Source: Welwitschia mirabilis (Eukaryota). From it: a stretch of 59,108 nt of DNA. Below are positions 14,001-27,109 of this stretch, one piece after another (position 1 is the stretch's first letter; each line of letters begins with the position of its first letter). The notes under the pieces are model-generated. The model did not search any database. It worked only from the letters and a program-made list of their open reading frames with translations, and was not told where the DNA came from. The translations under genes and the position numbers were made by a program. The stretch is taken from positions 6,398,147 through 6,457,254 of the forward strand of contig JBOZIK010000001.1 of the NCBI GenBank assembly GCA_051453625.1, read 5' to 3'.

Positions 14001-17000
14001 ATTTCTTCACTACAGTATGAGTTGGACTTATCCACTTGTTGTTTAAAATAGGGTAGATGATTCCATTGTTGAGAAGTTTAATTACCTCATTTTTAATAAC
14101 TTCCCTCATAGTTGGATTTCTTCCATGTTGTGCTTCAATAGATGGTTTAGAATTTTCCTCTAGATAGATATGATATATGCAAATACTAGGGTCTATACCT
14201 CTAATGTCAGAGAGGATTCATCCTATTGGCTGTTTGTTGTTCTTTAAGAGCTTAAGCAATTTATCTTTTTTGGATGAGGTCAAGGAATAATTTATGACTA
14301 TCAAGAATTTGGAGTTATCCCCTAAGAAAGAATATTTTAGATCATAAGCAAATGTTTAAGTTCTAATCCAACTTAATTTTAGACTATAGGGCACATTTCT
14401 TATGAGTATTCTGTTTTCTAATTTTGGAGAGAGTGAGAAGTGGATTCCTAATTCTCAATAAGGATTTCAATCCTCTCTATGAATTCTACTCCTTTGTCAT
14501 TTGACAATAACTTCATAGCATTAAAGATATTTAGCTCTATGGTCATGTTGTTGAATGAGATTTTCATTAATCCATTCCTATAATTAATCAAGGCATTGGA
14601 GGTTGCTAAGAATGGTCTTTCTAATATCAAAGTTACTATTTGGTTTGATGATTTCTCCATGTATAAGATCATAAAATCTACTAGAAAGTAGCAACTACCC
14701 ATTCTAACTATGACATCCTCAATTATTTCTAGGGTATTGTAATGGAGTTATCTGCTAACTAAAATTAGAGTTTTGTGTTTTTAGTCCTTCCAAGTCTAAT
14801 GCTTTGTAAGTTTTATAAAGAAATAAGTTTACACTAGCTTTTAAATTCAACAATGCTTAGTTGAGAGTTTTGTTGCCTATGGTAATGGTAACTATTGGAC
14901 ATCAACGGTCTTTGTACTTCTATGAGAATTAGTTTTGTAGAATCACACTTGTTTACTTGGCTAAAAATATTTAGATTTAATGTTCATTCACCTTTTTATA
15001 GTGCATAAGTCCTTGAGGCATTTAGCATAGGAAGGGACCTATTTGATGGCTTCTAGAAGGGCAATGTTTATTTTAACTTCTTTGAAAATTTGTAGGACCT
15101 CTAATTGCCTTTTTATCATATTTTGCTTTTTAAGATATTGGGAAAAAGTTAATGGTTCTTTGTAAATGGGTAATAGATCTTCACTCTTATTCTTTTCTTT
15201 ATTTTTTATGGGATTCTCTTTATCCTTATTTTGTATGGATTGATTTCTAGCTCTTTCCCACTTCCAAAAAGTATAGTATTGTACTCTTCTATATGTTTTA
15301 CCCCTTTTGTAAATCTAAGTTCTTTTGAGTTTGGTTGGGAACTCATGAGGAATTTCTCTATTTCTCTTTGATTTATTAATAAAATAATGTCATTGGTGGT
15401 TTATTAGAGTTGGTTTAGGATCTATTCAAGCCTTTATTTGTTCTTATCTTTGATTTGTTTGTCCTTGTCTTTTCATGAACTTTTTGAAAATATCATCTAA
15501 CAAGTTAGACAAAGTAATTTGATGGTTTAAAGATGAAGGATAAGAATTATAAATGAGAAAAACAAATTTTTAGGCAAGAAATTTTGTTATGAGATATTTT
15601 CTTGCTTCCAAGAGAAATTTGGATGATTTTTCCAACCAAGATTATAAGTGTTTGAGTAAGGATTATTTTTAGAAATTTGTCATTATCCTATTTTTAGAAT
15701 TTTTCCATTATCTTACCATGCTTACTTGTTCGTTAACTGTGCTTTGGAATAAGGGGATAGATGGCCATTTAACAGTTTCATGAGTGTTAAAATGGAAAAT
15801 TAAACACTTAGGTTTAGTGATCATAGGTAGGGTTGAAGGTAAGGCAGTTAATGATTATAACATTTTTGCTAGTCTAACAATACTAGTTGACCTAACTAGA
15901 TGATGTAATCTTGAAAGNNNNNNNNNNCTTATAATTTTTACTACTTGGCTATTATTTATGAATAACCAATCATAAAAGACACTTATCTTTATACTTGCTT
16001 TGAAACCATGTTGGATGCATTTTAATAATACATCTTATATCTTTCTAAGGTCTGGGAGAAGGTTTTGTAATCCTTTTGTTAGTTCATAATTTCTTTCCTA
16101 AGGGCATTTGTCTCATAGCTAAGAAAGAACTTAAAGATAAAGTATTTAATTGAGTCTATTAAATTTGTAATGAAGAAGGATTTTAGGATGTACAACTAGG
16201 ATTTTAGCTTCTCTTTTAAGGAAAAAGGGAATAAAGTAAGTCTAAGTGCATCATGAGTATTAGGATAATGAGGGATATTTGATAAGACACACTCAAATTC
16301 CTTAAGGTGTAAGTAAGGATCTTTAGATTTAAGGCCATGAAAGTAGGGCAAGAGTTGAATAGTGGAAGGTTTAAACTCTAGCCTTTGGTTAACAAATAGT
16401 AGTACTATGCAAGAAGGTGTTCCTAAGCTTTGCGATTCGAGGTAATTGTGAAGGGTTTGCCTAGGTTAATTGGTGGTAGCTATGAGGGTAGCTTGCCATT
16501 TAGTCCCTTCTTAAGTAAAATAATAAGCTTGTAAGCTATTAAGCATTTCTTAATTTAATAAGATTCCATTGAAGGAATCAAGTGGGTCATTTGATTTATT
16601 TTATGATAAGGTAGTTTGATTATTTTGGTTATTTTATGCAGTTGAGGTTTGTTCTTGAGAGGCCTTACAAGCTTAGTTTTGGATTTTAATTTCTCTCATT
16701 CTTTTATGATTAGTAAAGGAGTCCATGTTATCTCAGGTTAATCTTCCTATTCTATCATGGTTATAGGTCATGTAAAAGATAGGTTTAGATGGTTGCAAGA
16801 AGATTAAAAATAATGAAAAGGAAATATTATCAATAATTTCATGTCAAAAAGGGTTCCAAGTTTAGACAGATAGATTCATCAATCGTAGACATAATGTTTA
16901 CAGCATCGAGATTATAATGAAATAAAATAGAGAAACGAATAAAATCAAATAAAATAATGAGAAAATTTTAAAGGTTTTAATCATTTACAAATGTAGCAAA

Positions 17001-17379
17001 TGTTAAAATCACAAAATTGTTAAGAAAAATTTTAATGTTTTTATTTACATAGCAAAATGTAGAAAATGCAGTAGAAAAGAAAAACACGAAATAGAATTAT
17101 AAAATTTGTTAAAATTTTTAAGATTTTTAAAGTTTTCTTAACTCTAAAGAAACCTACAACAAACATTAGACTTGCAGACAACAAGTTAAAAAATTAAAAA
17201 CAAACTTTAAAAAGCTAGACTAATTTGGGATAACACTAAAAAGGACTAGGAAACACAAAGCAGAAAGGAAAAGAACCAGTTTGGGTGTCACTAGAAGAAG
17301 GACTTGTATCCTCCACTAGAAAAGTAAAAGCTTGCAAAAAGAAAAACTAGTGCTCCTCTGAGCTACTATTGTGCCGTTA

Positions 17380-17399
17380 TCCTTAGAAATAGTACCAAA
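17380..17399 (-). other. Decayed Athila-type primer binding site of the inner element
   Basis: TTTGGTACTATTTCTAAGGA matches TTTGGCGCCGTTGCCGGGGA mostly through C>T/G>A changes and lies next to the LTR end. Confidence 0.7.
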
Positions 17400-17402
17400 A
17401 TC

Positions 17403-18662
17403 TGAATAACTTGTAGTATAATAAACTAGATTTAAAACTAGGTTAAAAACTTAGTTATCATTCTTCCTTAGGGATAACATTAGGTATTGGCTAGAATTGC
17501 ACTAACTTTTATCCTAATGCAAGTATAAAAAGGAAATAAAATAAAAGAAGAGATGAAATTTAGAATCAAGTTTGAACTTTGTCTGAAAGAGTAGAAAAGA
17601 AAACTTGTTCCAAGATATTGCTGATTTTCCTTTGTAATCCCTCACTCTAAAGTTATTCAACTGCCTTCTTGCAAAACAATCAAAACCATCAAGTGTTTTT
17701 TGTCCAATTCATGGGGCATACTCTTATTGACCATATGATAAATAATGAATTCAAATAATACTTAAATATTAAATAACAATAGAAAGTAAGGTCTTCTAAA
17801 GCACTCAAGATCTATGAAATTAAAAAACTAACTAATAAATAAGAATTCACATAACTAAATTAAACTTGATAGTTAAAGAAGATAGCTAAGCATTCTAATT
17901 ATGATTTTACTCATGAATCAAGATTAAAGAAAAACAACTTTTGTATTATAGAAAGAATAACTTTACACCAAAGGAAGAAGGAAGAAGAAGGAACTCTTTA
18001 GGAAATCTTTAAAGACTAGCTTACTCCCTAAAATGATCACTTAGAAAGCCATCACAAGTCGATGCTCCAAAGTCTCCAATTTCTCTAAGGCAAATATGGA
18101 TACAATGAAGGGTTTAAGGCCCTTTTATAGAGAGATATGGGGGTGAGGAATGGTTACAACTCTTGTCTTATAGCATTAGGTAGAATCTCTATCATTTAGC
18201 ATTAGGTACATAAGATTCTATCTCGTATCATTTGATGAAGGCCATTAGGTAGCACTTGGTAAAGTCTTGATCATGTAGCATTTGATGGATTCTTCGTTAT
18301 GATGAGCCCAACATGTACACTTCAGAACTAGATTCCTCTACTAACCAGTGCTATCACCACATATGTCCAATGCAACCTCTACATGCCTCTATCATGTGTC
18401 TTCAAATACTTTTGCTATATGTCACCACCTCATATCTCCATTTGCCACTATTGTTTTATGTTGATTTAAGTCCTTTTTTCACCATCTGATCTAAAACCTA
18501 GCTAAGAATCTATAATTAATATAAAGAAAAACATAATATTAAATTTTATTTTAAAAATAATATAATACATATTTAATGATTAAAATAATTAAATTAACAT
18601 CTTTGTTTACAATAAATTGACATCAAACACTTAATATAAATGTTAATTTTTACATGTTAATA
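17403..18662 (-). repeat. 5' LTR of the inner Athila-like element
   Basis: Aligns with 8724-9972. Confidence 0.9.
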
Positions 18663-18778
18663 ATCAGTTCAGATATCATTGAAAAGGAATAGTACCCACC
18701 ACTTTAAAAGTAAAAAATATGTTTAAATATTTTGAAAAAGATGAAATAGTACTTATTTGACATACAATCATGTTTTTA

Positions 18779-20157
18779 TCCTCAGTAATGATGCCAAAAT
18801 CTATTTATTATTTTACAATGTCTAGATTTAAAACTAAGTTTGCACTTAGATATCATTCTTTCCTCAGGGATAACTTGGGTTTTGGTTTAGAATTTTTACA
18901 CTATTTACACTTAATGTAAGTTATAAAATTTAATAAAATAAAAGAAGAGAAAGAGATAATTTTAGAGTTGTGTTTTGGGACTTCGATTTGAGAGATGAGG
19001 GAAGCAAACTAGTTCCAAAATATTATCGATTTATTCTCAATGAATCCTTCACTCTAATGTTGTCTAATGATTTTATATAATACACTTAAAGCCATTAAAT
19101 GTTTTAGCTTAGATCATGATGACATAATATCATTTACCACATGAGTAATGATAAACTCAATTGCCATTTTTCTTCAAATCCTTAAAAAATAATAGAAAGT
19201 AAGAACTCTAAGCACTTAAAATCTATAAAATTAAAAGACTTAGATCAAGCATTTAAAATAAATTGCTCAAATGAAATAAAGCTTAATGGTTAAGATGCTA
19301 CCTAATCATTTTAATTATAATGTGACTCATGAATTAAAATCAAAAGTAGAAACTTATGTATTAAAAAAAAGAGTGCTTTACAATAATGGAAGAAAGATCT
19401 CAAAAGCACTCCTAAACAATCCTCAAAGAGTAGCTCACTCCCCTAAAAGGTTATTTTGAATGTCATTGAAATTGATGCTCTAAGGTTCTATAATTCTTTA
19501 AAATCAAAGATAATACAATAAAGGGTTCAAGGTGCTTTTATAAGGAGAGATGGTGGTGAGGGGTGATTATAAGCTTTTGGCTTATAGTGTTAGATGGATG
19601 GTTACATAATCATAACATTAGGTAAGATGATTTATCTTCTTTTCCATTTGGTAGAGATTCTTATAATAATGTCAACACTTAGATCTTGGATGCTATAATT
19701 GCTACCAACCATTATCATAGTCATGTGTTTCCATTGTCATCTTACTTAGTAATGCCAGATGTTGTTCTATGAATACTCATCATCATTGCCATGTATAATC
19801 AATGGTATAAATTAATTTTTATGTGGAATTAGATTTATCCCATAACTGCAACTATTTTAGTCCTCTATGACAAGTTATAAATGTGAGTTTTAAGGTAGTT
19901 TAGGTAAAATAATGATGGCACTAGTGGACCTGGAGAGCAGCATTGGCGTTTTAACTCTAATGATCTTAATTGTAAGTGATGTTTTTCAATTTAGCATAAG
20001 TACCCTAAAAATGTCATGGAAGACTGATAAGTCCATAATTAATGTAAAAACCAATAGAAGATGTTAGTTTATGATAAAATTATTTATATTAATATCTTCC
20101 ATTAAGATTGTTTGGTCATTTTGACTTAATTGTAATGTCAATTTTTACATGTTAACA
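18779..20157 (-). repeat. 5' LTR and PBS of the outer Athila-like element
   Basis: More diverged homologue of the two inner LTRs, starting TGTTAA at 20157. PBS-like TTTGGCATCATTACTGAGGA at 18779-18798. Confidence 0.8.
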
Positions 20158-20199
20158 CTTATATACCCATAAAGATTTTCTTTGTTTATCTACCCAATC

Positions 20200-21990
20200 A
20201 ATTTTATTTTTACTTATAATTGTAATCAATATTTTATTTAGTTACTAATTTTTTACTTTAACTTGATTATTTGTTTAGGATAATAAGATATGGATAATTT
20301 ATGGTAAATTCCAAAAGAGTCTAAAAGTTTAGAAAAGAGAAGACTTTACAAGTGAAATGAGTACTCGTATTAAAGATAAAACTTTTAAGTTCACTAGACA
20401 TATGAATGACATTTTTGAAAAGAACCTTAGAGGTAGCATGAACATTATAGTTACAAATAGCTATAACTTTAGCCCATCTAGTAAAGCAATTAATACATAT
20501 ATTGATATATTCTTTTCTAAAATAATTAGAGTTAATTTAGCATATAAAATTGATTTCCTGTATACCAAAGTGTTCTATTTCTTAAATTTACTATTATGAC
20601 ATTTATATATTTTAATTGAGCTCCTTTCTTTACTATTTATCATAATTTATTATAAAATCATATGCATTATTGAATAAAATAGATCAATAATGTTCCTATT
20701 ATAAGATCTTAATTATAGTTCTTTTTCATCTATAATAATCCTCTCCTTTCTCTTCATGAGATTATTCTAGAATGTCATGTTAATATTTTTTCTTCTATAC
20801 ATGCCCTAATGATTTCATCTGTGTAAGGTCTAAACCGCTAATGTTTATGCTGAATATAATTCTTAATTTCTCTTAGTAATATCTTATTTTCATAATAATT
20901 TAGATATTTTTGCACTTATTTGTTAACCAAAAAATTTGTAATACTTACAAACCATGGCACTACTTGTTGGTTTAACATTTATTCATCAAGAAATTTTATT
21001 CTTATATCAATTACTTCTTTATTATTAAAAAAGTCTAGTCTTGATAAATAAATAGCTTTTTAATTTTACATACCCTTTTTTTAATGATTTAAGTAAAACT
21101 ACTTAATAGGATTCCCTATTTTAGTATTTTAGAATTGGCTTCTTTTTTATTCAATAGAATCTAATAGTAGTATGGTCTACATGAACGTTGACTTCATAGC
21201 CCAAAGAATAATATATAAACTTTTTAAAAGTGAAAATAATTGAAAGCATTTTCTGTAATTTTATTGAGATGAGTTTGAGATTTTACTGTTATATGCTATA
21301 GTATCAGGTTCATTTTCATTGTCCTTTTTACTCAACAATATCTCTTAATGCATGGTTATAATGTGAAAAGATTTTTTCCAATGAGGCCCTTTTAAGATTG
21401 GTGCTTTTCATAAGAACTATTTTAAAAGGCGTATTAATGTTCTTTAATCCATTTAAATTTTGCATCTTTCTATAGTAATTGAGTTAGTGGTTTAGAATTT
21501 TAATTAAAGTTAATTATGAATATTCTATGGTATTTAACATAACCTAAAAATATATATATAAGTTCTTTTAGTTTAGTTGGAGGTTCCATTTCTTTTATAA
21601 CCTCGATTTCATTTCTATTAGATTAAATTCTCTTATTAGAAATTTTATGTGATTTCAATAATATTACATTCAATTTTCTTATCAAAAATTTTATGTTTTA
21701 GTATTGTCTCATCCTTAATCATAAGATGACTTTTAAGCCCATTAAGCTTTAACTTCATACCATTTCATTATTTTAAGACTCTACCTAACCTAAGAAGAGA
21801 TTTGTCAAAATGATCATTCTATGTGAAAACTTCATTCATGAATATTTCTACTGATTCCCAATCATATCTTATTTACTAGTCTTTAAAATATCATAGTAGT
21901 CTTACATAAGCGAAATGGTAGAATTCAAAAGGAATGGATTCTCTAATGACATGTGAAGGTGGTTTTTTCTTGGTCTTTAGAAATAATAAG
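20200..21990 (-). mobile_element. Heavily decayed Ty3/gypsy pol fragment (RT-RH-INT)
   Basis: TTFTCH..ILPFRLCK at about 21900-21965. LKGPHWKK RH-linker motif at about 21370-21395. TRWAKV integrase-like motif at about 20465-20483. Confidence 0.6.
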
Positions 21991-22156
21991 TATTTAATTA
22001 TAATCATCATATCCATTTATAAAACTATAAAATTCAAGTTCAACTATAATTAAAGGTTGATTTACAAATGAAAGAGAGAAATGGTTTTTATAAGTGATAG
22101 CATTTAGCATTCTAAAATATACAAAAACTCTCTACCTATTCCCCCTTTCACTCCTC

Positions 22157-25150
22157 TTTTTTTTTAATTTTCAAAAATAAGATCATATATTAAGAACATA
22201 GAAAATATACAACATAGCATAAAAATCAACAAAAAAACCCAAGAAAAGAATCAAAGCTAATAAGCTTAGACCAAACTAAATAAAAATAGAGAAGAGAAAA
22301 AGAAAAAAATCAAGAGATTAACCATATTAAGAGACTAGAACCATATACCATAAGTCTATACAAGTTTATCCATGTGATAAAAATAATAGATGGATCTTTG
22401 CTTCTTATTAGTAAGGACATTCTTTATGCCATTCAGTTCATTTATCTTCTTTAAATCTCCTTGAAAGTTATTCTTATTTTTATCTAGATGCCATATTAGC
22501 ATCAATCTTCTATAAGCACTTATGATTTCTTACTAAAAGGCCCTTGTTAAAATTCCTAGAATCCTATAATAATCTTTTCGCTCTCTAGCAGTCATTATTT
22601 CATCAAATTCCTGCTTCATCCCTGAATTTAAGTGAACTTTCTTCTTTATTTATTCTTCTTCATAATTCTCAAGAAAGGATTTTAAAGAGTCTGAGATTAT
22701 AAGGCTTTTTTCTTTACTTTTTTGCATTTATTAGACCTAGATTCAGGTGCTTTCCTAAGGTATCCTTGAGTCTTACTACTTTTATATACTGAGCCATTGT
22801 TACTAATGAAGATAACTTCATATGAAGAATCCCTTCCACTTATTGAATTTCTTATGTAATCCTAAGACTTCACAGGATCTCTTTGCACTTATTTACTTAT
22901 GTTAATAGGTGAAAAATCCCCTTGTGGCTCTTCCTTAGAGGAGGGGTCTTTTGAGAGAGGCTTCTTCTTCATTTTTATCCACAAGAGTAGCCTTTCATTC
23001 TTTTTAACAAGAGAACTAAGCCCTTTCTCTGCATCAAAACTAGAACATACTTCTGACCTCCATTTTATCTATTAGGTAAAACTAAAACCATGTCTTCTTT
23101 CATTTGTATAAGTTTTGCACCCTACCTTTTTCTTCTCTTCATTGACCGTGGAGTACCATGAGGTTGAGGATGAGAAGGTAATTTGAATTTTTATAGAAAT
23201 CAAGTAAATGGTAAACCAAACCTTAATGCTTTCTCCCTAGCCTTTATTTTAACTTTTTTATAAGATAGAATAGGATATTAATTCTATGTCTTTTATAAAC
23301 AATGATAGGAAAGCAAAAAAATAGTCCCTTAAACTTTAAATGATTACACTCTTGGATTAGCTACCTATCCACGAATTCTATTGCTAGATGCCATGGCTCA
23401 TGCAACTCTGACTTTTGATGTGATCCTTCATCATTCTTAGGGTCCTCCTCCTAAAGAATCTATTTGCATCTAGATACTCCACTGTTAAAGGAAATAACAA
23501 GTCTCCTTCTTTAGCAAGCCCAAGGGCTCGAGTAATTAGACTCGACGATATCTTCTATCTTCTTCTTTCAATCCTTAGCTTATCATTCACTATTACTTTA
23601 CTTATGATAAAATTTGGATCCCCATGTAGGGAGACAAGGGGATCTTACCTGATATCAATAATGCATTGCTAAAGCTTAGGATTTTCCCTAAAATTTAAAT
23701 CACTTAAGGGCTTATGATGGAAATGTTTATTCATTCTTCTTACTATTAAAATATAATTATTTAACTTTTGATACTTAAAAAAATATTATGAACTTGGGAT
23801 GATTGACTTCAAAAATAAATTAGTTTTTAACTACCTATATGTACCATATAGGAATTTCCAGGAAGTACCTTGGAATATTAGTTACTTTATCTTAGGTTCA
23901 ATCTTTAGTAAAGGCTTGCAAGAGTCCCTAACTATGTGGCATTCCCTAAGGAGATGTTTAATGGACTTTACAAGCCCATAGTTCTTACAAGTAGGGGGTA
24001 AATTAAAACATTTCTTACTTATTTTATATATTATTAATACCCTCCCTATAACTATTATCCATTTTAATACCATAAATTTACCTATAATAGAGTACTTCTA
24101 GGTGTTTTAATAGAGTGTATTTATAGTAGAACCTTTAAACTTACTTACTTACTATTAATAATTTTAACATTCTTTTCCTTAATAAGCTAGGTCTTTAAGA
24201 TATTTATCAATCTCCGTATATCCTCTATTACTTTTTCTATAGTATTATTTCCTAAGCAAGGGAGAGACTCCATTCCTCTGTAGTACTGAATCTTATGACT
24301 AACATTTCTCTTAAGCTAGAATTTTATTGGTGAGATTTTAGTAATCTTATTTGCTTTGTTTTTCTATAGGATATTGAAGTGCCAAAAGGGCACTTGATTT
24401 TATTCCACTTTCCATCTAGTGAGATGCTTTAGCTTTACTCTCCCTCTATAGAGAGCCTTTTAAAAAATAGAGATCCATTTCTTCACATCCCAATCTTTGT
24501 ACTTTATTTTTAGTAATTTTATTTAGGAGGGTTCTCCACTTGCCTCAATCTTTTTATTAAGTTCACTTCGTCTAATAATGTACTATTCTTTATGACTTAA
24601 ATACCTTAACTTCCTACTTCTATTAGCTAAGATATCTCATTTTAAGCCACTATGTGGATTTATTTCCTCCTCTTCTATCTTCCTAAATGAAGTTTTTAGT
24701 AATTTTGTTTAGGATTGTTTGGAATTTTCTTGAAATAATTCTTATTGAGGTGCTATATTTGGTAATCACTAACATAACTAAATTAACTAGGATAATTCTT
24801 CCTTTACTAGATACAAAAGATAATATTCTAACTATGACTTGTTTTTCTTATTTTCTGACTAAGAGTTTATTCTATTCCATTGAAAAATAGGTATTCCTAG
24901 GTACAAATTCTTAATATTTCCTCTTTGAAAGATTAACATTTGTTTTATCACTCTTTGTAAACACTAGCCTAAGTGTTCATAAAGTAGGCTCTACTTTTTT
25001 GCCAACTAATTGCTAGTCCTGATTCTTTTACAAAGATGTTTTACCCATTTTTGATGACTCTAATTTACTACAAATTTACTTCCACAAAGATTACTAAGTC
25101 ATCTGTGTAACGGTTATACATTATTTCCAAGCTATGAAGTATTATTTTGT
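22157..25150 (-). mobile_element. 5'-truncated L1-type LINE, copy E (divergent family): RT end, zf-RVT, accessory domain, C-terminal J-domain
   Basis: Poly(T) at 22157. YTDDLVIFV at about 25084-25110 and LYLGIP at about 24890-24906. zf-RVT-like PPTCKNYGLVKSIKHLLREC in ORF 23882-24073. J-domain at about 22385-22580. Confidence 0.85.
22385..22580 (-). pseudogene. J-domain (DnaJ) coding remnant in LINE copy E
   Basis: Manual translation: KDYYRILGILTRAF**EIISAYRRLMLIWHLDKNKNNFQGDLKKINELNGIKNVLTNKKQRSIY. Confidence 0.85.
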
Positions 25151-25358
25151 GACTTTTCATCTTGGTTATATATGCTAAGATTTGTATGCATACCATGATC
25201 GTATGCTTAGAGATACATGAAAATCCAAATGAAACCTTAATGGTGTGCTTACATTTAAAAGCAAGCTCTTTAGTATAGTAAAAATGAAGAAATATTTTAG
25301 AGAAATAAAATTTTAATTTATAAAATATTACTCATGATTTCTTGCTTTTCTGTTTCCC

Positions 25359-25376
25359 AACAAGTGCTATTAGAGC
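25359..25376 (+). other. LTR 3' end and decayed tRNA-iMet PBS
   Basis: AACA AGTGCTATTAGAGC resembles CA-AG-TGGTATCAGAGC. Confidence 0.55.
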
Positions 25377-25474
25377 TTTGGAGGAGATTTTTTAAAGCTC
25401 TTTTTAGAGTTTTTTTTAAGTATTCTTTTTATGGCTTCTTGGGCTTCTCTTTTGATCCTCTCTTTCTCTATCTA

Positions 25475-27100
25475 TTTTTTTCTTGAAAAAATTAACCATT
25501 ATATTAAATGAAAATTATTACAGAGGGGGCAAAAAGACCCTATACTAGGAGGTATAAGAAACCTAATCAACAAAAACTAGCCTATAGAATTCATATGAGC
25601 CTACTGGATATAAAGAAAATTTGGGGATAAAAACATTCCAAAATACTAAATCTAGTATAAAACAAGTATGACAACACTATGTAAGACTAGAAGGGATAAA
25701 GGATTCATATCCCCTACAATTGAAAAAGAGGTGGCCATGTTGGTGCTAAACCAAAAATCATTCCAAATCATTTGTTAAAACCTCGAAATCCTAATTCACT
25801 TCTTTGAATTCCTCTACTCTTATATATTTTCTATTAGGATGTAGTATGAGAGCCTTCTTTCAGTAACTTAACTTAATAGCATTCAATTAAGATCCATGTG
25901 AAATTCCTAGGATTAAGAAAATGAATCTTTTCAATCCATGAATTGTAGCTAGCAAGAATTCTCTTCTTGCATGGTCCATATTAGTGTCCTCATGGGGCTC
26001 TTGATTTTTGTCTTTAGAGAAGGAATCCAAATGGGATTGGGAATTTGACTTCTTATTATGATTAGAGCTATCTTCTACCTTCTGAGGTGAGGCCTCTTCG
26101 TCTTGCTCTGGATGCATATGCTCTTGTTCCTAGGCTTTGAACGATGGTTCTTCTTGAACTGCATCTTCCTATGCTGGGGATGAAATCATTTCCTCTACCT
26201 AAACTTCTTAGGGTATAGTTGCCCCTTTTCAAGACTAGGAGCTTTTTGGCTCGGTCTCCCTCTTAAGTTGATAAACCACATCATTCTTAGATCTTTTCTT
26301 CTTTTTCCCTTCTAAAAGACATCTTATCTGAAGTCCTTCACCAAGGAGGAGGGGAATTGAAGGCCTCCTTCAACCTTAGGTTCCTTGTAGCTCTTCAAAA
26401 TGCCGTGATAAGGCTTGAGTGCCTTAAAGAATATTTTCATTATAATGATTAAATAAAGAAGTGTGATAAGGTCTAAGGCCTTGAGAAAGGCAAAATGTAA
26501 CCCTTACAGCTTTCAACAATAACCAGTCTGAATGAAGTATTAGTTAATCATCTCGGCACTTAAACCCCATTAAGGTGGTAGCACCTTACATCTGGTATGA
26601 CCACTTGACAGCTTTAGGACACCTCTTAGAAGAAATAGAAGGCTTTTCACTATTCTTTGCTCTTAAGAGAGATTCTTTCCCTTATCGCGGGAATGTCCAA
26701 TAGGTAGAAAAGGGATTCTTCTATAATTGTGATTGAAATTCTTCTGAACATGGTTCTTTGTCCTCTTCATCTTCTATAAATCAAGGTAATATTAGCCTTA
26801 GGTTCTTCTTTCAGCTTATGTAAGAGTGCTCCCTAGACTAGGGCCTACATGTTATTCTAAAGGGTAGAAAACCCTTTAAATAGGCTCAAGTCTGATGGCC
26901 TAATTGTTGGCATAACCCTCATAGCTATCTTTATTTGTAAATGGTACCATTTGATCTTTCTGATGATGTTTATAGAAAATTCAAAGGGGATGTTATTAAA
27001 TATCACTTCATCATGGCTATGCCAGATCTACCATAATGTTAGGCATATCCCATCTTTTAAGCATGTCTCAAATATGTATCCCCTTTCTTTATATTATCTT
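25475..27100 (-). mobile_element. 5'-truncated J-domain LINE, copy A
   Basis: Poly(T) at 25475. LW*IWHSH post-zf-RVT motif at about 27010-27035. Accessory domain at about 26400-26930. J-domain LILGISHGS*LNAIKLSY*KKALILHPNRK..EFKEVN*DFEVLTND at about 25710-25940. Confidence 0.85.
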
Positions 27101-27109
27101 TTATCTTAT

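Larger units (their letters stand above)
8724..18662 (-). mobile_element. Full-length decayed Athila-like Ty3/gypsy LTR retrotransposon (~9.9 kb), nested in a related element
   Basis: Paired LTRs, PBS, PPT and a TSD-like ATCAA (8719-8723) / ATCAG (18663-18667). gag-AP-RT-RH-INT order, seen in ORFs 14448-14702, 13723-13965 (FLDGYSGY), 12031-12300 (ISDGG, YHPQTSGQV) and 11419-11640. Confidence 0.9.
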
